From: Lepidodermella squamata
Lineage: Eukaryota > Animalia > Gastrotricha
Assembly (NCBI GenBank): GCA_047495785.1
Contig: JBLDXI010000025.1
Location: 496,001-560,000 of the forward strand
Direction: 5' to 3'
Length of the DNA: 64,000 bases
Positions 22,356 through 36,154 of the stretch are shown one piece after another; within the stretch, counting starts at the first letter, position 1, and each line of letters begins with the position of its first letter. The notes under the pieces were generated by a model. The model did not search any database. It had not been told where the DNA came from and saw nothing but the letters and a program-made list of their open reading frames with translations. The translations under genes and the position numbers were made by a program.

Positions 22356-25300
22356 ATGCATTTCCTAGTGATCAGTCTGATGGCGGTTAAATTCGCTACA
22401 GGGCAGGATCATATCTACCAATTTATTGATAATCAAGACTTTTTAGGCGATTCCGTCGGCTTTTGGCCTATGAATGCTGTTTTCGGCAGGCGTGAGGTCA
22501 GCCAAATTGGGATGGACATTCTCTTCCAGCCTGGGGCCTGCCCTTTTGCCGAAGGCCCGTTCGGCCAAGCTGATACAGCCATAGAAACGCATAAAAACAA
22601 TAATAACAACTTCATGATCGTAAACAGCAGCGCCTTGATCATGGGCACGTCATCTGTGTCATATGCCATTTGGGAATACGGCGCTGCAAGAGGTCCTTTG
22701 GTTGAATTCTTTGACGGCACAAACCCTCGTTCCTCTCTGTGGCGGGATGATGGAACACCGAATCCTAGTACTGCTCTTGTGACGGTCTACGGCAGTTATG
22801 GAGTACCAAGTTCTCAAACCCGTTTAACATGCAATGTGACTGGTTGGCGGTTTACGGCGTTCTCTTGGAACTCAGCCACTCAGCAATTGATTGCTGTTTG
22901 CGACGACAATGCCAGTGCGCCAGTTACTGTCAGTTCTGTCCAGACAGGCCAATATCTGTTCTTGGGAGCCAGGTATGAAAGTATGAAACCACAGCCTGAA
23001 GAGCTTCACAGCTCTTGTAAATTTTGCTACAACGCGTTTAAAACGACGTGACATATTTGAGGATTTCAAGTGAGAGGTATTTTTGCGAAAAGATAGGCGG
23101 TCGATCACAGGCTCAGGCCTACATCGTTCCTTTAATCAATTTCTAAATTGAAATAGGAAACAGACTTTTCCATTCAAGGCGATTTACTCAATTCTTCGTA
23201 GCTGACTAATGAGGTAATAGTGCAGACAGGGTGTAGCATTATCCATGAGTAGCCCATAGCAAGGGAAAGAAAAGGATTTTATGTCAACAGGGTGTTCATA
23301 ATAAGAAGTTATAAATAGCGTTCCTACTTTTGGCACGCGATTTAGCCTTTTCGAGATTTCGAGCTAAAAGCTTGATATTATTTAACGAATACCCAGTAAC
23401 TCCTTCAATTTGTTGACATCGGGTCACGCAGAAATACAGGCCGTCTCCCGTCTTCATCTAAAATCAAGTCGTTTCGTCTCAATCAGATTACAAACCGTAG
23501 TTTTGCGTTAAGCCGGATGATCAATTGCCGACCGGTTTTGCTTGGCTCGTGCCACGGACTAGCGTTTTACATGCAAATGGTTGCAATAAGCCAGCGTTTC
23601 CCAAACCGTGTCCTATAGGACACCTGTGTACTAAGCCAACTTTCAAGTGTCCTGTAGGACACTCGTATCCTATGGGCCTCAAAATGACAGAAGGACAAAG
23701 ATAGGTAGATCCACACTAACAAACTAGCCATTTTTGGACCATTTTCAGACTCAAATCGGGAAAAAACCGTCAGCTAAAGCTCGCTTCGCTCGCGAGTTGC
23801 CTATTTATGAAATATTTTATGAAAACCTTCGATCGGACGGGAACCGGTACTTTCCGCGTGGTTTGGCTGAATCTCTGAGACGATAATGATAGAATCAATT
23901 TTTGAAACTGACCCATATCCTTTGTTATTTAAGCACGTTACAGATTGCACCTTACGACATGATTAATTGAAATTTCATAATTGATGAGTGCATTTTTGGG
24001 AAAACCCCAAGGCATAGCCTCAATTTTAAGATGTTATACGTCGTTTTTCAGTGTCGAATTCTAAACAATTTCTCGCTTCGCTCGCGTTTAGTTTGAATTT
24101 TATCCGGGATTTTATCAATTTCGAGCTCGGTTGTCATCAAAAACCAATTTGTACGAGTAATCAATTTGTAGCACAAAAAATTGTACCCATTCCGAACCAA
24201 ATTTCATTCATTCTAGCAAGGTGTCCTACCAGATAAAAAGTTTGGGAACCGCTGCAATAAGCCGACTTGCATTATAACGGACTGATTGTTAGTAAATTCA
24301 ACTTGAAAAAAAAGTCCAGCTCGCGGGACAATTTTCATCTAGAGCGCATGAAAACCCTCTCCACGCCGTGTTCGGTTGGCTTTTGCAGCAAAATGATCGC
24401 AGTCTTCAATAATGATTGTTGTCTCTTGTGACAAACCTTAATTCGATCGTGATAATCTAACTTTTTACACACATGAATAGCTTATTACTGTATAGCGTTG
24501 AGATGCTTGAATAAGTTGTGAAAAAATGCAAAAAAAAATTTAATCGGACCAATCCAGCTTACAATAAAATGGACTTTCATTAAGCTGGCACGGATCGAGT
24601 CCAACGCAAAACTGCTGTACTATGCCTTAATGAAACGTTTTAGAATGCAGATTGGCAGATTGGCTATTTACTTTATAGGCAACGGCCGGGCGGAAATGCT
24701 TTGAATTGGAGTTCGCAATTACAAGTTTGCTTGTTTGGCCGTCTACAAATCAGCTTTCAACATGACACAAATGGCCATACTTCGCGATCAATGCCAGTTG
24801 ATTAATCGTAATATTTCAAGAATTTCATGCCCAAGGTTTCATCTACCTATTTCGATGCTTCAGAAATCACATGCTCGGCAAAATGTCAGCCTGGTTCGTG
24901 CGTTGGCGACCTCAGCGCCCTTGGTGGCTATCGCTGCACATGCCAGGCCGGCTGGATAGGTTGGGATTGCAGTGTTGATAAGTTTGCGATAATGCAATTG
25001 ATACCTGAATTGATCTGAACACTGTGATCAGCTGTTTGCAATCCTGAGTGCGGCATTGGCGGGCGATGCAGAGCCCCAAACACGACGTGCACGTGTGCTG
25101 CAGGATGGGCGGGGACTCAATGCGACACACGTTAGTGAACGTATCATGTGGGCTTATAGAGAACTGTTAGGCAAATAGTATATCAATTCTAGCTATTTGC
25201 GCACTTGGTTGTGCGAATGGCGGAACTTGCATTCGGCCGAATCGATGTGCCTGTTCAGCGTCCTGGCTCCCTCCGGATTGTTCGATCCGTAAGTTCTCTC

Positions 25301-25761
25301 ATACCATCTAATGAGCCTGGCTTCAGTTGAGGAGAAAAAACTCGATCTCTTCATCCCGGAATTTACACTGGTGCTCATCAAAGTGTTGAATTGATTACTT
25401 AGATAGGCTGATAGGTCCATAGTTGCTCTCTAAGCTATAGGGTTGCTTATTCCAAATATCCGATGACGAATGGCGACTATATGACCTCTTTTCATTTAGC
25501 CAAGTGTTCAAAGGGCTGTGACTATCGTGGAACGTGTATTGCGCCCGATCAATGCGTTTGCAATGCCGGCTGGACAGGCTCAGACTGTTCAACGCGTGAG
25601 TTTTCAATTCTCTCTTAATATTGCCGACTGTTAAAGCACCACACCGCGGCGCTCGGCAATTAGGAATCAGCAGTGAGTTTGCTTTTAATGAAATGCTTCA
25701 TCAGCTATTCAACCTATTATTATCTCTCACAGGTTATTGTAGTGCTAGCGGTTGCGGTTGA
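22356..25761 (+). pseudogene. secreted LamG/concanavalin-like plus EGF-repeat gene, copy A (probably damaged)
   Basis: Exon-by-exon paralog of 27025-28736 with a +1 T at 24706/7 and a donor GT>AT change at 24978. Confidence 0.6.
23592..24254. mobile_element. hAT (Charlie-like) MITE in intron 1 of copy A
   Basis: TIR cagcgtttcccaaac / gtttgggaaccgctg; 8-bp TSD caataagc. Confidence 0.88.
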
Positions 25762-27024
25762 ATGGGATTCGATAAGCGGCGGAACGTGATCTCACTGATT
25801 CTATTTCAAACATAATTGAAGCGGCTGATTGATTGTTAATGATATTAATAGTGAAGATAATAATTGGATGATTCAGCACGCTAGATAACTGGCTCTACAC
25901 TTTTTATTGTTACTCAGTGCGAGCGTGTGGATTTCCTTATTTGGATGAATCGATATGGCGCACCAATAGCATTTTCCTGTACGGTGAAATAGCTACAAAT
26001 CATGGTGCTTAATAAACACCAGCACGAAAGGATCGAAGTGGTCTTGTTAGCTCAGATTTAGGTTCACATCGAATACTAGTTCTGTAGTTCGAGTTATAAT
26101 AATTACTGTTTACGGTTTGAAGTTTGAATAAAGTTGTTAAGTAGTACTAACTTCCTCTTCATAGGACATGTCGATTAAAGCAATTTAGCAGCAAGTATTT
26201 CTTCAGCAGGAATCCGTATTATGTGTTTTTCATTTTTTTGAAAGTTAACGTTGAAGTTAAGAGGAGAGGAGAGGGGATAAGGGGCAACCCCGCCTCAGCC
26301 CGCGTTTGACACACAAATATGGGAACAGCTCGTTTTATATTGCTTTTGATCGTGGTGATTAACTCATATGGCATATTAAAATTTTTAGAGCTTCCCAAAC
26401 TTGTTCTCGATCAACCAGGTCATACGCTTTCTCAAGATCTAAAAATACTAGATGGAATTCGCTTAGAAACTGAAAATAGAAGTATAAGTAAGACTTTCAA
26501 AAGTTCCACTTTCTTGCTAGAAATAGTGTTGGAAGTAGGAATTGCACCAATCGCACCAATATTTTTCGACTTTAATCGTTCAACTGGAGAATCCTTTGGA
26601 TTTTTGGTTTTCATGGCTAAGTGGTGAACTTCCGACAACGCCCCCATTGTATGTTGTTTGCTGGGAAATAAACATGTTTGTTGTCAACACTGCAACGACA
26701 TGCAGCAGATAGCTGCAGTATTCAGTTTCGATTCGATTTCTTGAACGCGTATGCTCACGTGGTGTTGGGTGTTAGTAGCTTTATTAAATAAACATGAAAA
26801 AATCATCAATCTTCTAACCGAATGATCTTTCCAGCTGCCTTATGATACTGCAAAACGTTAGCGAAAATTGATTACCCAACACTGAATAATTAAAATATAT
26901 GAGCACGCAAAAATCTTTTGCTCACAGCAGGTACCCCGTGATCAAGCAACGCGACCCTAGCTTGGGAGAATGAACTAAATATCTTTAGTTTAAATACGTT
27001 CATACCAGAATTGCCTCAATCGAA

Positions 27025-28736
27025 ATGAAACTTGCTTTACTCACAATGGCAGCGTTACATTTTGCTGCAGCGCAAGAAGCCGCGCAGCAATTCATCAACA
27101 ACCAAGCTTTACTAACGAATGCCGTCGGGTATTGGCCTATGAATGCCCTTTTCGGAACGCGAGAGCTCAGCAAAACAGAGATTGATATGACCTCTCAACC
27201 CACGCTTTGCCCTTACGCTGAGGGACCATTCGGACAGGCTGATACTGCGATGGAAACGAATAAAAACAACAATTGGCTGAGCATCAATAACAGCGCTATC
27301 AGTTTGGGCTCGTCATCGCTCACAATCGCCGTATGGGTTAACGCACCAGCTGCATCGCCTATAGTTGAATACACGGATGGTGTGAACGGATTCGCATGTC
27401 TTTGGCGAATGGACGAATACTCAGTCACATACGCAAGGGGTTATGCAGTCGCTGGCACGGCGGGAACTTCTGTTGTAGACAACATGACCGGATGGCGGTT
27501 CGTAGCCCTCAGTTGGAATTCGACGAGCCAGCAGTTCAGGGTGTTTAGCAACGACCTCGCTAGCGCGCCTGATACTGTTAATGCGGTCTACACATCTCCG
27601 ACGCTGTTCCTAGGTTACAGGTAAAATTACTGATCACTTATAGTTTCGGTCCTAATAATCCGAAGCTGTGTGTCCTCTTCAGTTACAAACATTTCTAGTA
27701 ATTAATTTGAGTTGGTTTATTTGCATTACCCCTCCAAACCTGTGTGCCCTGGAACTAAAATTGATCATAATATGTAATTTATTTGTACATTTTCAAATTT
27801 CCCTAATTCGATTTCGAAATCACTCATATTCTCATTTTAAGGAATCTACCTGGCAATGGTATGAACGGCGTCTACAACAATAAGTACGCGTGTTTGTCCA
27901 TCTACAAAGCAGCCTTTTCACTGGCGCAAATAGCAGTTGTTCGCGACCAATGCCGCCTGATAAATCGTTATAATATCCGAGATATCTTGAATAATCTTTC
28001 ATAATTATCCCTCCTCATTTCAGAAATCATGTGCTCAGCAAAATGCCAACCAGGTTCATGTGTTGGCGATCTTAACAGCCTGGGCAGCTATAGATGCACA
28101 TGTCAACCAGATTGGACTGGCTGGGATTGTAGCGTTCGTAAGTCTTAGCCGGGCTACATATACATCTCATTTGGTCTAATGTACCTTAAGCTGTCTGCAA
28201 TCCTGGATGTGGGATCGGCGGTAGATGCACAGCCCCAAGCACATGCTCCTGCGCGGCGGGTTGGGCAGGGACTCTATGCGACACACGTTAGTTGAAGATG
28301 AATTGTTCACTTCTTGGAATACTGAATGTTGATATTTCAGCTATCTGTGCATCAAGCTGTGCGAACGGCGGCTCTTGCATTCGCCCGAATCGATGTGCAT
28401 GTACGGAATCATGGTTGGCCCCTACTTGCTCGGCCCGTGTGTTTAAATCGCGTACTACATTATTAGGCATAGGGCGATCAATTAATCGCCGGGCTTAAGT
28501 AGCAATTACAATAATACAAGGATTGAAATTCTGAATTTTAATGGCTGATTCCTGTAATTTGTTCGCAGCCAAGTGTTCGAAGGGTTGCGACTATCGTGGG
28601 ACTTGCATCGCGCCCAATCAATGCGTTTGCATCGCTGGCTGGACAGGTTCTGATTGCTCAAAACGTGAGTTTTTCCTTCTAATCGCTTCTGCATGCGACT
28701 CTGATTTGCGGCTTTTCAGGAGTTGAAACTATGTAA
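27025..28736 (+). CDS. secreted LamG/concanavalin-like domain plus four EGF-like repeats, copy B
   Basis: Signal peptide; GYWPMN, LTIAVWVN, WRFVALSWNS and LFLG motifs; EGF exons such as CQPGSC...CTCQPDWTGWDC; last exon uncertain. Confidence 0.78.
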
Positions 28737-29165
28737 AGTATGTAGTTGAAATTGAGATAATTGCTTTGAACGTTGTCAACCTTCATTCCACATAGCCGTT
28801 ATAAACGGCCGTGGCAACTGAACCTCCTGCAACCAAACAAAAACTTTCTCAAGCTTTGACGATCAATTGCGATACAGAATCGTTTGCTATTTGCAATCTT
28901 AATTTTCTGCATGGATACATTTGACTTTCATATCGTTATGTTGCGTGTGCCCGGAATCTGCTCTAGATCGCAACTGAGCTCGACTCAAACTTGCCCTGTG
29001 CGCTGTCAGGAATTCTTTCGTTTGGTACTAAATAACCGATTAATAATCATTTTACATCCATAAATAAAGTTGGGCACGAATTTATTAAAAAAATCTTGTT
29101 TTGTCACAGACTACCAATGCTGAGATATTTATTACAAAATTATGGATCTAATCCAGGCATTTTGT

Positions 29166-31882
29166 CTACCCGGCGTTTGCAGAAGCCTGGTAGTATTGGC
29201 TTTGATTACCGATATTGGTAGGGTAATTTGCTGCTCTACCGCGAAATTCAGCCAGTGCTTTGTGTTCGACGCCCCAGATAGACGGAGCCGTTAGCAGGAT
29301 ACTAAGTATGCCGAAAATACAAGACGCAGAGTAGAGGACCAGGAAGAGCCGATCTAGTACCCGCGCAACTGTCTCCCACTCTTTTTGAAGCTGAGAAAAA
29401 AACGGATTATGTAGGCGGAAATTCGCAAATCGAACTTACCAGTTCCTCTTTTTCACGAAGTCTACAATTATCAACAATATCAGAAACTTGGTCCAGGGTG
29501 TCTCTTATCAACTCTTGCTTCAATCTAACAGCCCTCTCCTCATCATCATCTATGGTGTTGATATTAACGTCCCGCTTCTCCAACTGATCAGCCGCAAAGT
29601 CGTAAAAGTAACCATGCGTGACGTCTCTGGTACTGTTTTTGAAAAGGGACGAGTTATACGACATTGCCGAAGAAGATAATGAAGAAGAATTTCGCTCCAT
29701 CTGTTGAACGTAGCTAGACGCTGCAGCAAAAAACATCCCCGATGGCCCCTGAGCTCGATTGTAGACGTAATTCAGCGAATCCGTGTTGTCACTATCGTAG
29801 CATTGCCGAGTTTTCTTCATAGCGAAGAACCCAGAGTTGTCCATGACGATTTTTCGCTTCGGGTCCTGAATGTTCAGCTTTTGATAGCCACTATGGTTCA
29901 TTTTGCCCAACAACTCGCTATCTTCACTTATTCTTCGCTGCTTCCGGCCATCCTCAGCTATGTAGGTGGACTCGAGTTTCAGCAGTTCGTCAGATTTTTC
30001 GTGTTTTCGAATTTTCATGAACAGCAATCGCGGGAGAAGTTTCAGGAAAGTATATCTAACCCAATCGGGCAGTGGTTGAAGGGTGTTCATAGGGTTTTTG
30101 AAGACTGCAAGAACCACAACCGTTGACATAATTGACATAGTAACAAGAATCATTGTGAATAACAAATATTTTCCAATCAGCGGAATTTTCATCGAAGTCT
30201 AAATGCTAGAATTAATGCAAACATATTGAGCAGTTCAAAAATTACCGGTGGAACGAGATCTGCGAGTAGAATGATGAAGAAAGTCAGCGATAGAAGAATC
30301 GAGATTGAAAGAGTAACTTTCTCCCCAGATTCGCTCGGCAGGTAGAAAACGAAGATCGTAAGTAACGAGATCGCTAAACACGGAGCAATCAAGTTCACTA
30401 AAATAAAATGTCCGGATGACTGCTGATTTTTTATCAATCGATAATTTTACCAGTATAGAACAGAGCTTTCCGTCTTAGAAGTATTGTATAAGTAATGTCG
30501 ACGTAGCCTTCCGTTAAGCCGGTGTAGTAAACCTCGTTTCGCATTCCCGGCACTCCGATAATCTCCCATTCTACTGAATCAAAGTACCGTGTGAGGTCGA
30601 TTGCATCTAGTAGGAAATTAACATTTGGCGCTCGAAGGTGGACGTAGTTCACCACTGAAACGTCAAATGTCCACGGACCCAACTGAGAAAATAAATTAAC
30701 ACTCGAAGTGATGAAAACCATCATTTTACCACCTTCAGATCACAAGCTTGATCGTCGAATGGAAAGTAAGTCCTACAAGAGATAAAATCAATTAACAAAT
30801 TATTGGATTTCGGTTTTACTTACACGTCTATCAAACAAAACGATCTGTAGATCGCCGGGGGCTCCCATCGGATAATTCTGCAATAGTAAATTAAAAGGAT
30901 AAATTACTCGCAGCGGCTATTACCTACCCAGTATGCTGCAAAGTGACTTTTGCTCGGTTAGAAAGTTGATAATCTCCATCAGCACTTTTGAAACGAAACC
31001 CCTTGGTAAAAATAAGGTATGCTGAAATTCATTGATTACTTGTTGTAAAGCACAGTGTCTGGAATCCAAATTAGCTCGCTAGGGATGTGAAGAAATTTGA
31101 GTCCACCGTACTGATCCGGGTCCCATGACAGCGCCATGTCCTGCCAGACGTGATTGACCCAGATCATGGTACTCATAATTTGATTACGTTCATCCTATTC
31201 GAGATATAGGCCTAATCTCAAACCAGCAGAAACAAGAAAATCATACTTACCACGTCCCCTAGTTGGATGAGGGTAAGAAGGAGGTTGACAGTCACTGCTT
31301 TTCCCAGAACTCGCTGTTTCGGCAGGACATATCGCGAATAATTAGCATCTGGACCGAAAAATTTGTCGAACAAGGAATTTGCTTCCTTAGCGGCTTGCGA
31401 CAACTTTGATAAGCCTCGATCATCCACGGCTGGAAAAGAAATGCAATGAAACAAAATTCCCACATATCTAATACATTCTGTGAAAAAGGATACAAAACAA
31501 AAGAACGTAAGACTTTTGGTGAATGAAAAGAATGCAAAAGAAATGTGGAATGAGTTGAAAAAGTAGAACGAAAAGAGTACACTGTAACTGAAGTTTGTTA
31601 ACTGTAATACCGAATTTGGTTGTAGAACTAGGTGTTGAAGCTGAGTATTTGCGCATTTATATTCATTTTGAGATGGAGATTAATCGACTTACCAAATGAA
31701 GAATCCTCGCCAGTTGCATAAGGACTTGGCGTCCGCGTGTAAATACGGTCAAAGTCGTTATCAGCATTGTTGTAGTTCAAATCATTTATCCGGTAGTTGA
31801 TGTCATCGATTGGCGGCGTAACGTTGCTTGTCGCGGAGCTTAAAGCTGATACCAAAATAAATAAAGACTTTACCAGCAGCAT
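29166..31882 (-). CDS. intron-rich nicotinic acetylcholine receptor subunit, non-alpha (no loop-C CC)
   Basis: Exons encode [25 protein letters not shown], Cys-loop [58 protein letters not shown], a long M3-M4 loop and [14 protein letters not shown]. Confidence 0.93.
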
Positions 31883-34326
31883 CTACGGTAAAAAAGGAAA
31901 GATGACAGTTTTTATGATACTAAGACTAAGATTCGAGTTGTAGGTTTTAGGCGTTAGAAGCGATTCATTCGAGGGCACACGGCTCAGAGAAATTAAAAAT
32001 AATTCGTAATATATCCATGGCATAATTTAAGGCGATAGTTGCTGGACTGAGAATCGAATGCCATACTGAAATAATAACCTATGGTCAGTATAGTAGGAGT
32101 AAATCGATTTTACTCCACCTTCTTGTGTTTACCTAAGAGCAAGCGCTAAATTGTCAATGCGCACTTCTAGGTGAGTCGAGGCTTGTTTTACGGTGGAAAA
32201 CAAACAAAAATAGCAGTTGTATTGCAAAAATACGCCCAACTGTACCGTATTTTGTATAAATAAATTTCTGCGCGACAATATATGGTGTTGATTAAAAATG
32301 GAAAAATTTGTTATAGATAGAGTGCTGGCAGCTGTTTTTGGCAGTTCTATGATAATGAGAAATGTCCGGTGCGTCCCTCGGCGATTGTCTGCGCGACACT
32401 ATAAGACCGCGTCCACTGCGTATGAAATTGGGATCATCAGAGAGCAAGACATAGAACCAGCCCAGGGCAGTTTTTTTCCATTCTGAAATTAGTACGCGAA
32501 AATTTGAGACGCAAAAGGAAGTTATGAATGTATGAAATAATAACGAAAGCAAGAGAAGCACTATCTTCGGTGGACAATAAACAGAGCCATTTCCAGAGAC
32601 TAACGGAATATGAATTGGATGCAATGAGTTTTGGATAGAATATGCTATCAAACGATACCTTCTATTAGGGGTAATTAAATAATTAAAATTGTTAATTAAT
32701 TGGACTGGCAATCCATTCTACTTATACAAATCCATGGAATAATGGACGGAAAATAACGGATAAATTTTAACACATGAGAAACCTCGTTTGTAGCTTTCGG
32801 AAAATGTTTATTTTCGATACAGCTGAATGCTGAATGATAACTCGAACAGCATCAATTTTGTTGTTGTGGCAATAAAAAACAACAATGCCTGAAATCAGCA
32901 GTCAGCCAATTAGCGATCGTCTGTACGCTTTTTACGCTCGGCTAAATTGATGATCGCTGATAATTGCGCGCGCGCAGAGCGAAAGCATGTGAGATGTTGT
33001 AATAACATTATAATACTGTGTATATCAAGTATCTCACTACAGCGATTATTACACGCCAGTAAATATATAATGGACTGAAACGCCAGTGTATAGGCATGCA
33101 GATAAATAACAACAGCATTAGTGACGGCTAAATAGACTGGTGAATGGAAAAGGTAATAGTCTCGCCAGAATAATGGTCTTGTGGCTGCTGGATGAGCGGG
33201 AAAAAACATTACTGCGGCTAATGACCCTGGTGAGAAAAGATGAGTATGAATTGCACCATTCAGTTGCTAGCTCAGCTATTTATACGATTTCAGAGACCAG
33301 TAATAGCCTCGATGGTAAAATTGTTGTTCTAACGAATTGGTGGAAAATAACCTGTTTGGTCAATCCATCTAACCCGTCATTTATTCAGTTTTTCAATCAA
33401 TCGAATCTCGCAGTTACTGATTCTTGAGAAACAATCCGGAAACCCGAGCAATAGCGATAATTTTCCAGATTCATATGACATATGTATCCGAATTTATCAC
33501 AGTCTTAACAGCATTCATCTCAGGCCAGCTCTAATTTCAAACAGTGCAGTGTTTTCAGTTTGGTGCATCTTTTGGCAAAAGTTGGGTTAACAGTCTTTGG
33601 TAAGAGGTAAGCGATTTTTAGTTAGCCTGGCCCTTGAGACTGTACGAATTTACTTCGCGAGAGATGTAATGTCTCTTAATAATTCCGACTTCGCGTGTTC
33701 ACTGTTTGAGCCGCTGCATTTTATATAACGGCAGTGGAGAGGGGAGACAGCATCGCGATTGGGTATCTGTCTCTCCAATATTGACTCGTTTTGAGAAGAG
33801 TTAAATCCAAATTGAGGATGATTCCGAAAGCTGTACTTCGTTCATTGTGATTTACTGGAAACACAATAACTCTTACAACTCGAACTTCTTCACGAATGAA
33901 AACGTATAGTTTCGAAGGTTCCAGAGAAGAAATATTGAAAATATAAAACATTTCGTCAAACATCAGGTGTAAGGCAAATAAATCTGCTTACCAGGCTCCT
34001 CCAATTACAGAGAGCCCTCTTTTTGGTTTATATTTTCCGCTTCGTCGAAGCTAATTGAACGAAGTATCTTTCGCAAATCCCATCTTCGTCAATATAAAGT
34101 CTAGCAAAACAACGATTTTAAATATTATCGCTGGTTTCGAAACTTGGCAAGCTTTTAATTTGCGATAGAAACGCGAACACTTCGTGAAATTTTCGGAAGG
34201 TTTATCCAATTAAGCGTGCCTGTTGCACGGATTTCCCGCCTACCTATATATCTTGAGCAAACAGAAAAAAACTTCAGCGATTCGAAAATGATGGTTGGCT
34301 ATTTTTGTTGCTAACAAGACTTAGTC

Positions 34327-36154
34327 ATGATTTTTTTATTCTTCGTATTAGCATCGGCAGCAGCGCTCAACCCAGCAGAGCGTAATCATTACTGGACAAT
34401 AGAACCAAAAACTATGGAGCTAATCCACGCTTGCCCGTGGCTAATGCGGCAATCTCGGGCGCCAACTTGCAAAAACCATACTGATTCGGCGTGTCCGACA
34501 GCTAAAATCCAACCAGTATTGAGAATCACTGAGTTTCACGGCATTGATGATGTTTCAGAGACGATGAGCCTATCAGGCGAAATCTCCATGCAATGGGAAG
34601 CCACCTGCCGTGAATACAAAATGAATGATACGTTCTATTCGGAGGAATACCTGCTCTGGCGGCCTCACCTACAACACAAAAATGCTTTGCAGAATTCCGG
34701 GATGAATGGCTTTCAAGTTGGCATCATTTTCACTGTAGTTGATAACACTCTGGTTTTCAAATACTATCACGTCGGCGTTCTACAGTCCGTTTGCGATTTG
34801 GAACTCAGTTTGTTCCCGTTCGACAGGCAATCATGCAAGATTGAGTTCGTCACGCTTGAGCATGCTTTGCAAGTGGATTTTTTAGAACCTCATTACGATT
34901 TACCAAAGGCCGCCATTCAAGGCCGCGACGATGAGTGGAAGGTGACTTCTATCAGCCACAGCGTCTCAAGATGGAACGAAATGCCACTAGCTAGGCAAGG
35001 GCTTACATTTAAGTTATATATTATAAATCTATTATCCCAATTTTTAAAAACTCATCATAGGAATAAGGTACGGATCTTATGTATCCCCTGGTGCAAATTT
35101 TCATATATAATCAGACCATAATCAGACTTAGAGGAATGAAAGTGCACGAAGTACAGGGGAATGTGGAATGGGTATCGTACCCCCTAGCTTGAAAGGCCAG
35201 ATTGGAAATCCCAAAAAACCCTTTGGTCATGAAATTTGAGCCTTAAAATACCCTAAACTCGTGGATCCTACTTAAATGACCTGGACCTCTTGTTCTCGTC
35301 AAAGAGACCGAACACTGGGATAATAAAACGCCGAATTTATTTTTAATCTTTCCATTGTCGAGCTGCTTGGGCTTGGGCTTGTCGAGCTTCGAAATAAATT
35401 TGGCAAGTTGGCTCACATAAATCACCACTGCGCGAAGTACCCGGAGATACGGAGTTACCGTACCTCCGACCTCGAGAGGTCCAGGCAAGAAAACCCGAAA
35501 GAACCTACCGGGGACCCTTTGCTCAAATAAGTGAAAATAAGGTGAAAATACCCAAACTTACTCCCCACATCGAGCATCCTAGTTCATCTATATAAAACAA
35601 TATTCAGGACTAATTAACCGTGGGGATTTTAAATCTCCCTGTATTTCAGAAGCTTCCTGTATCTTCAGATTCGAATTTTCATCAGAGATTTTTTCCTAAT
35701 TAGATTTACATTGTACTGCCGTCGGAATCCTGGCTACTACATTTACAACTTGATGATCCCTATGGCTTTCATTTCTGGCCTTGTTATCGCTGCTTTCTTC
35801 TTGGAACCAGATAGTTCTGACAGATCAATGTTCGCTGTTACTATGATGCTAGGCCTGACTGTTCTACAGGGTTCAGTTCTAACCCATGTGCCTGTGAAAC
35901 CGATCCGGATTTTCCTTTGCAACTATACAGACCTCTTAACGTTGCTATCGTGCTTCTGCACTTTCTACGACATGTTCATTTGTTTCATGGCGACAGCGAA
36001 ACGCAAATGGTTCCAGCGAGAGAGGAAGCTGCGTGGTTGCTGCACAATCTCTACTGGTAGATTTGTGGATTCCGTTGTGGCCGTCTCTTGCGTGGTTGTC
36101 TACATCGCAATAAATTTCTACGCTGCGGCTGTTGCTATTGGCTCTAAACAGTGA
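34327..36154 (+). CDS. divergent Cys-loop subunit LGIC-5, interrupted by a MITE (pseudogene or newly intron-bearing gene)
   Basis: ECD 34327-35018 and TM part 35716-36154 rejoin as ...GLTFKLYCRRNPGYY when the insert and one TA are removed; both halves are open. Confidence 0.85.
35019..35713. mobile_element. TA-duplicating (Tc1/mariner-like) insertion carrying nested family-A MITE fragments
   Basis: TA TSD at 35017-18 and 35714-15; imperfect TIR tattataaatcta / tagatttacattg (10 of 13 match); family-A sequence at 35426-35585. Confidence 0.75.
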
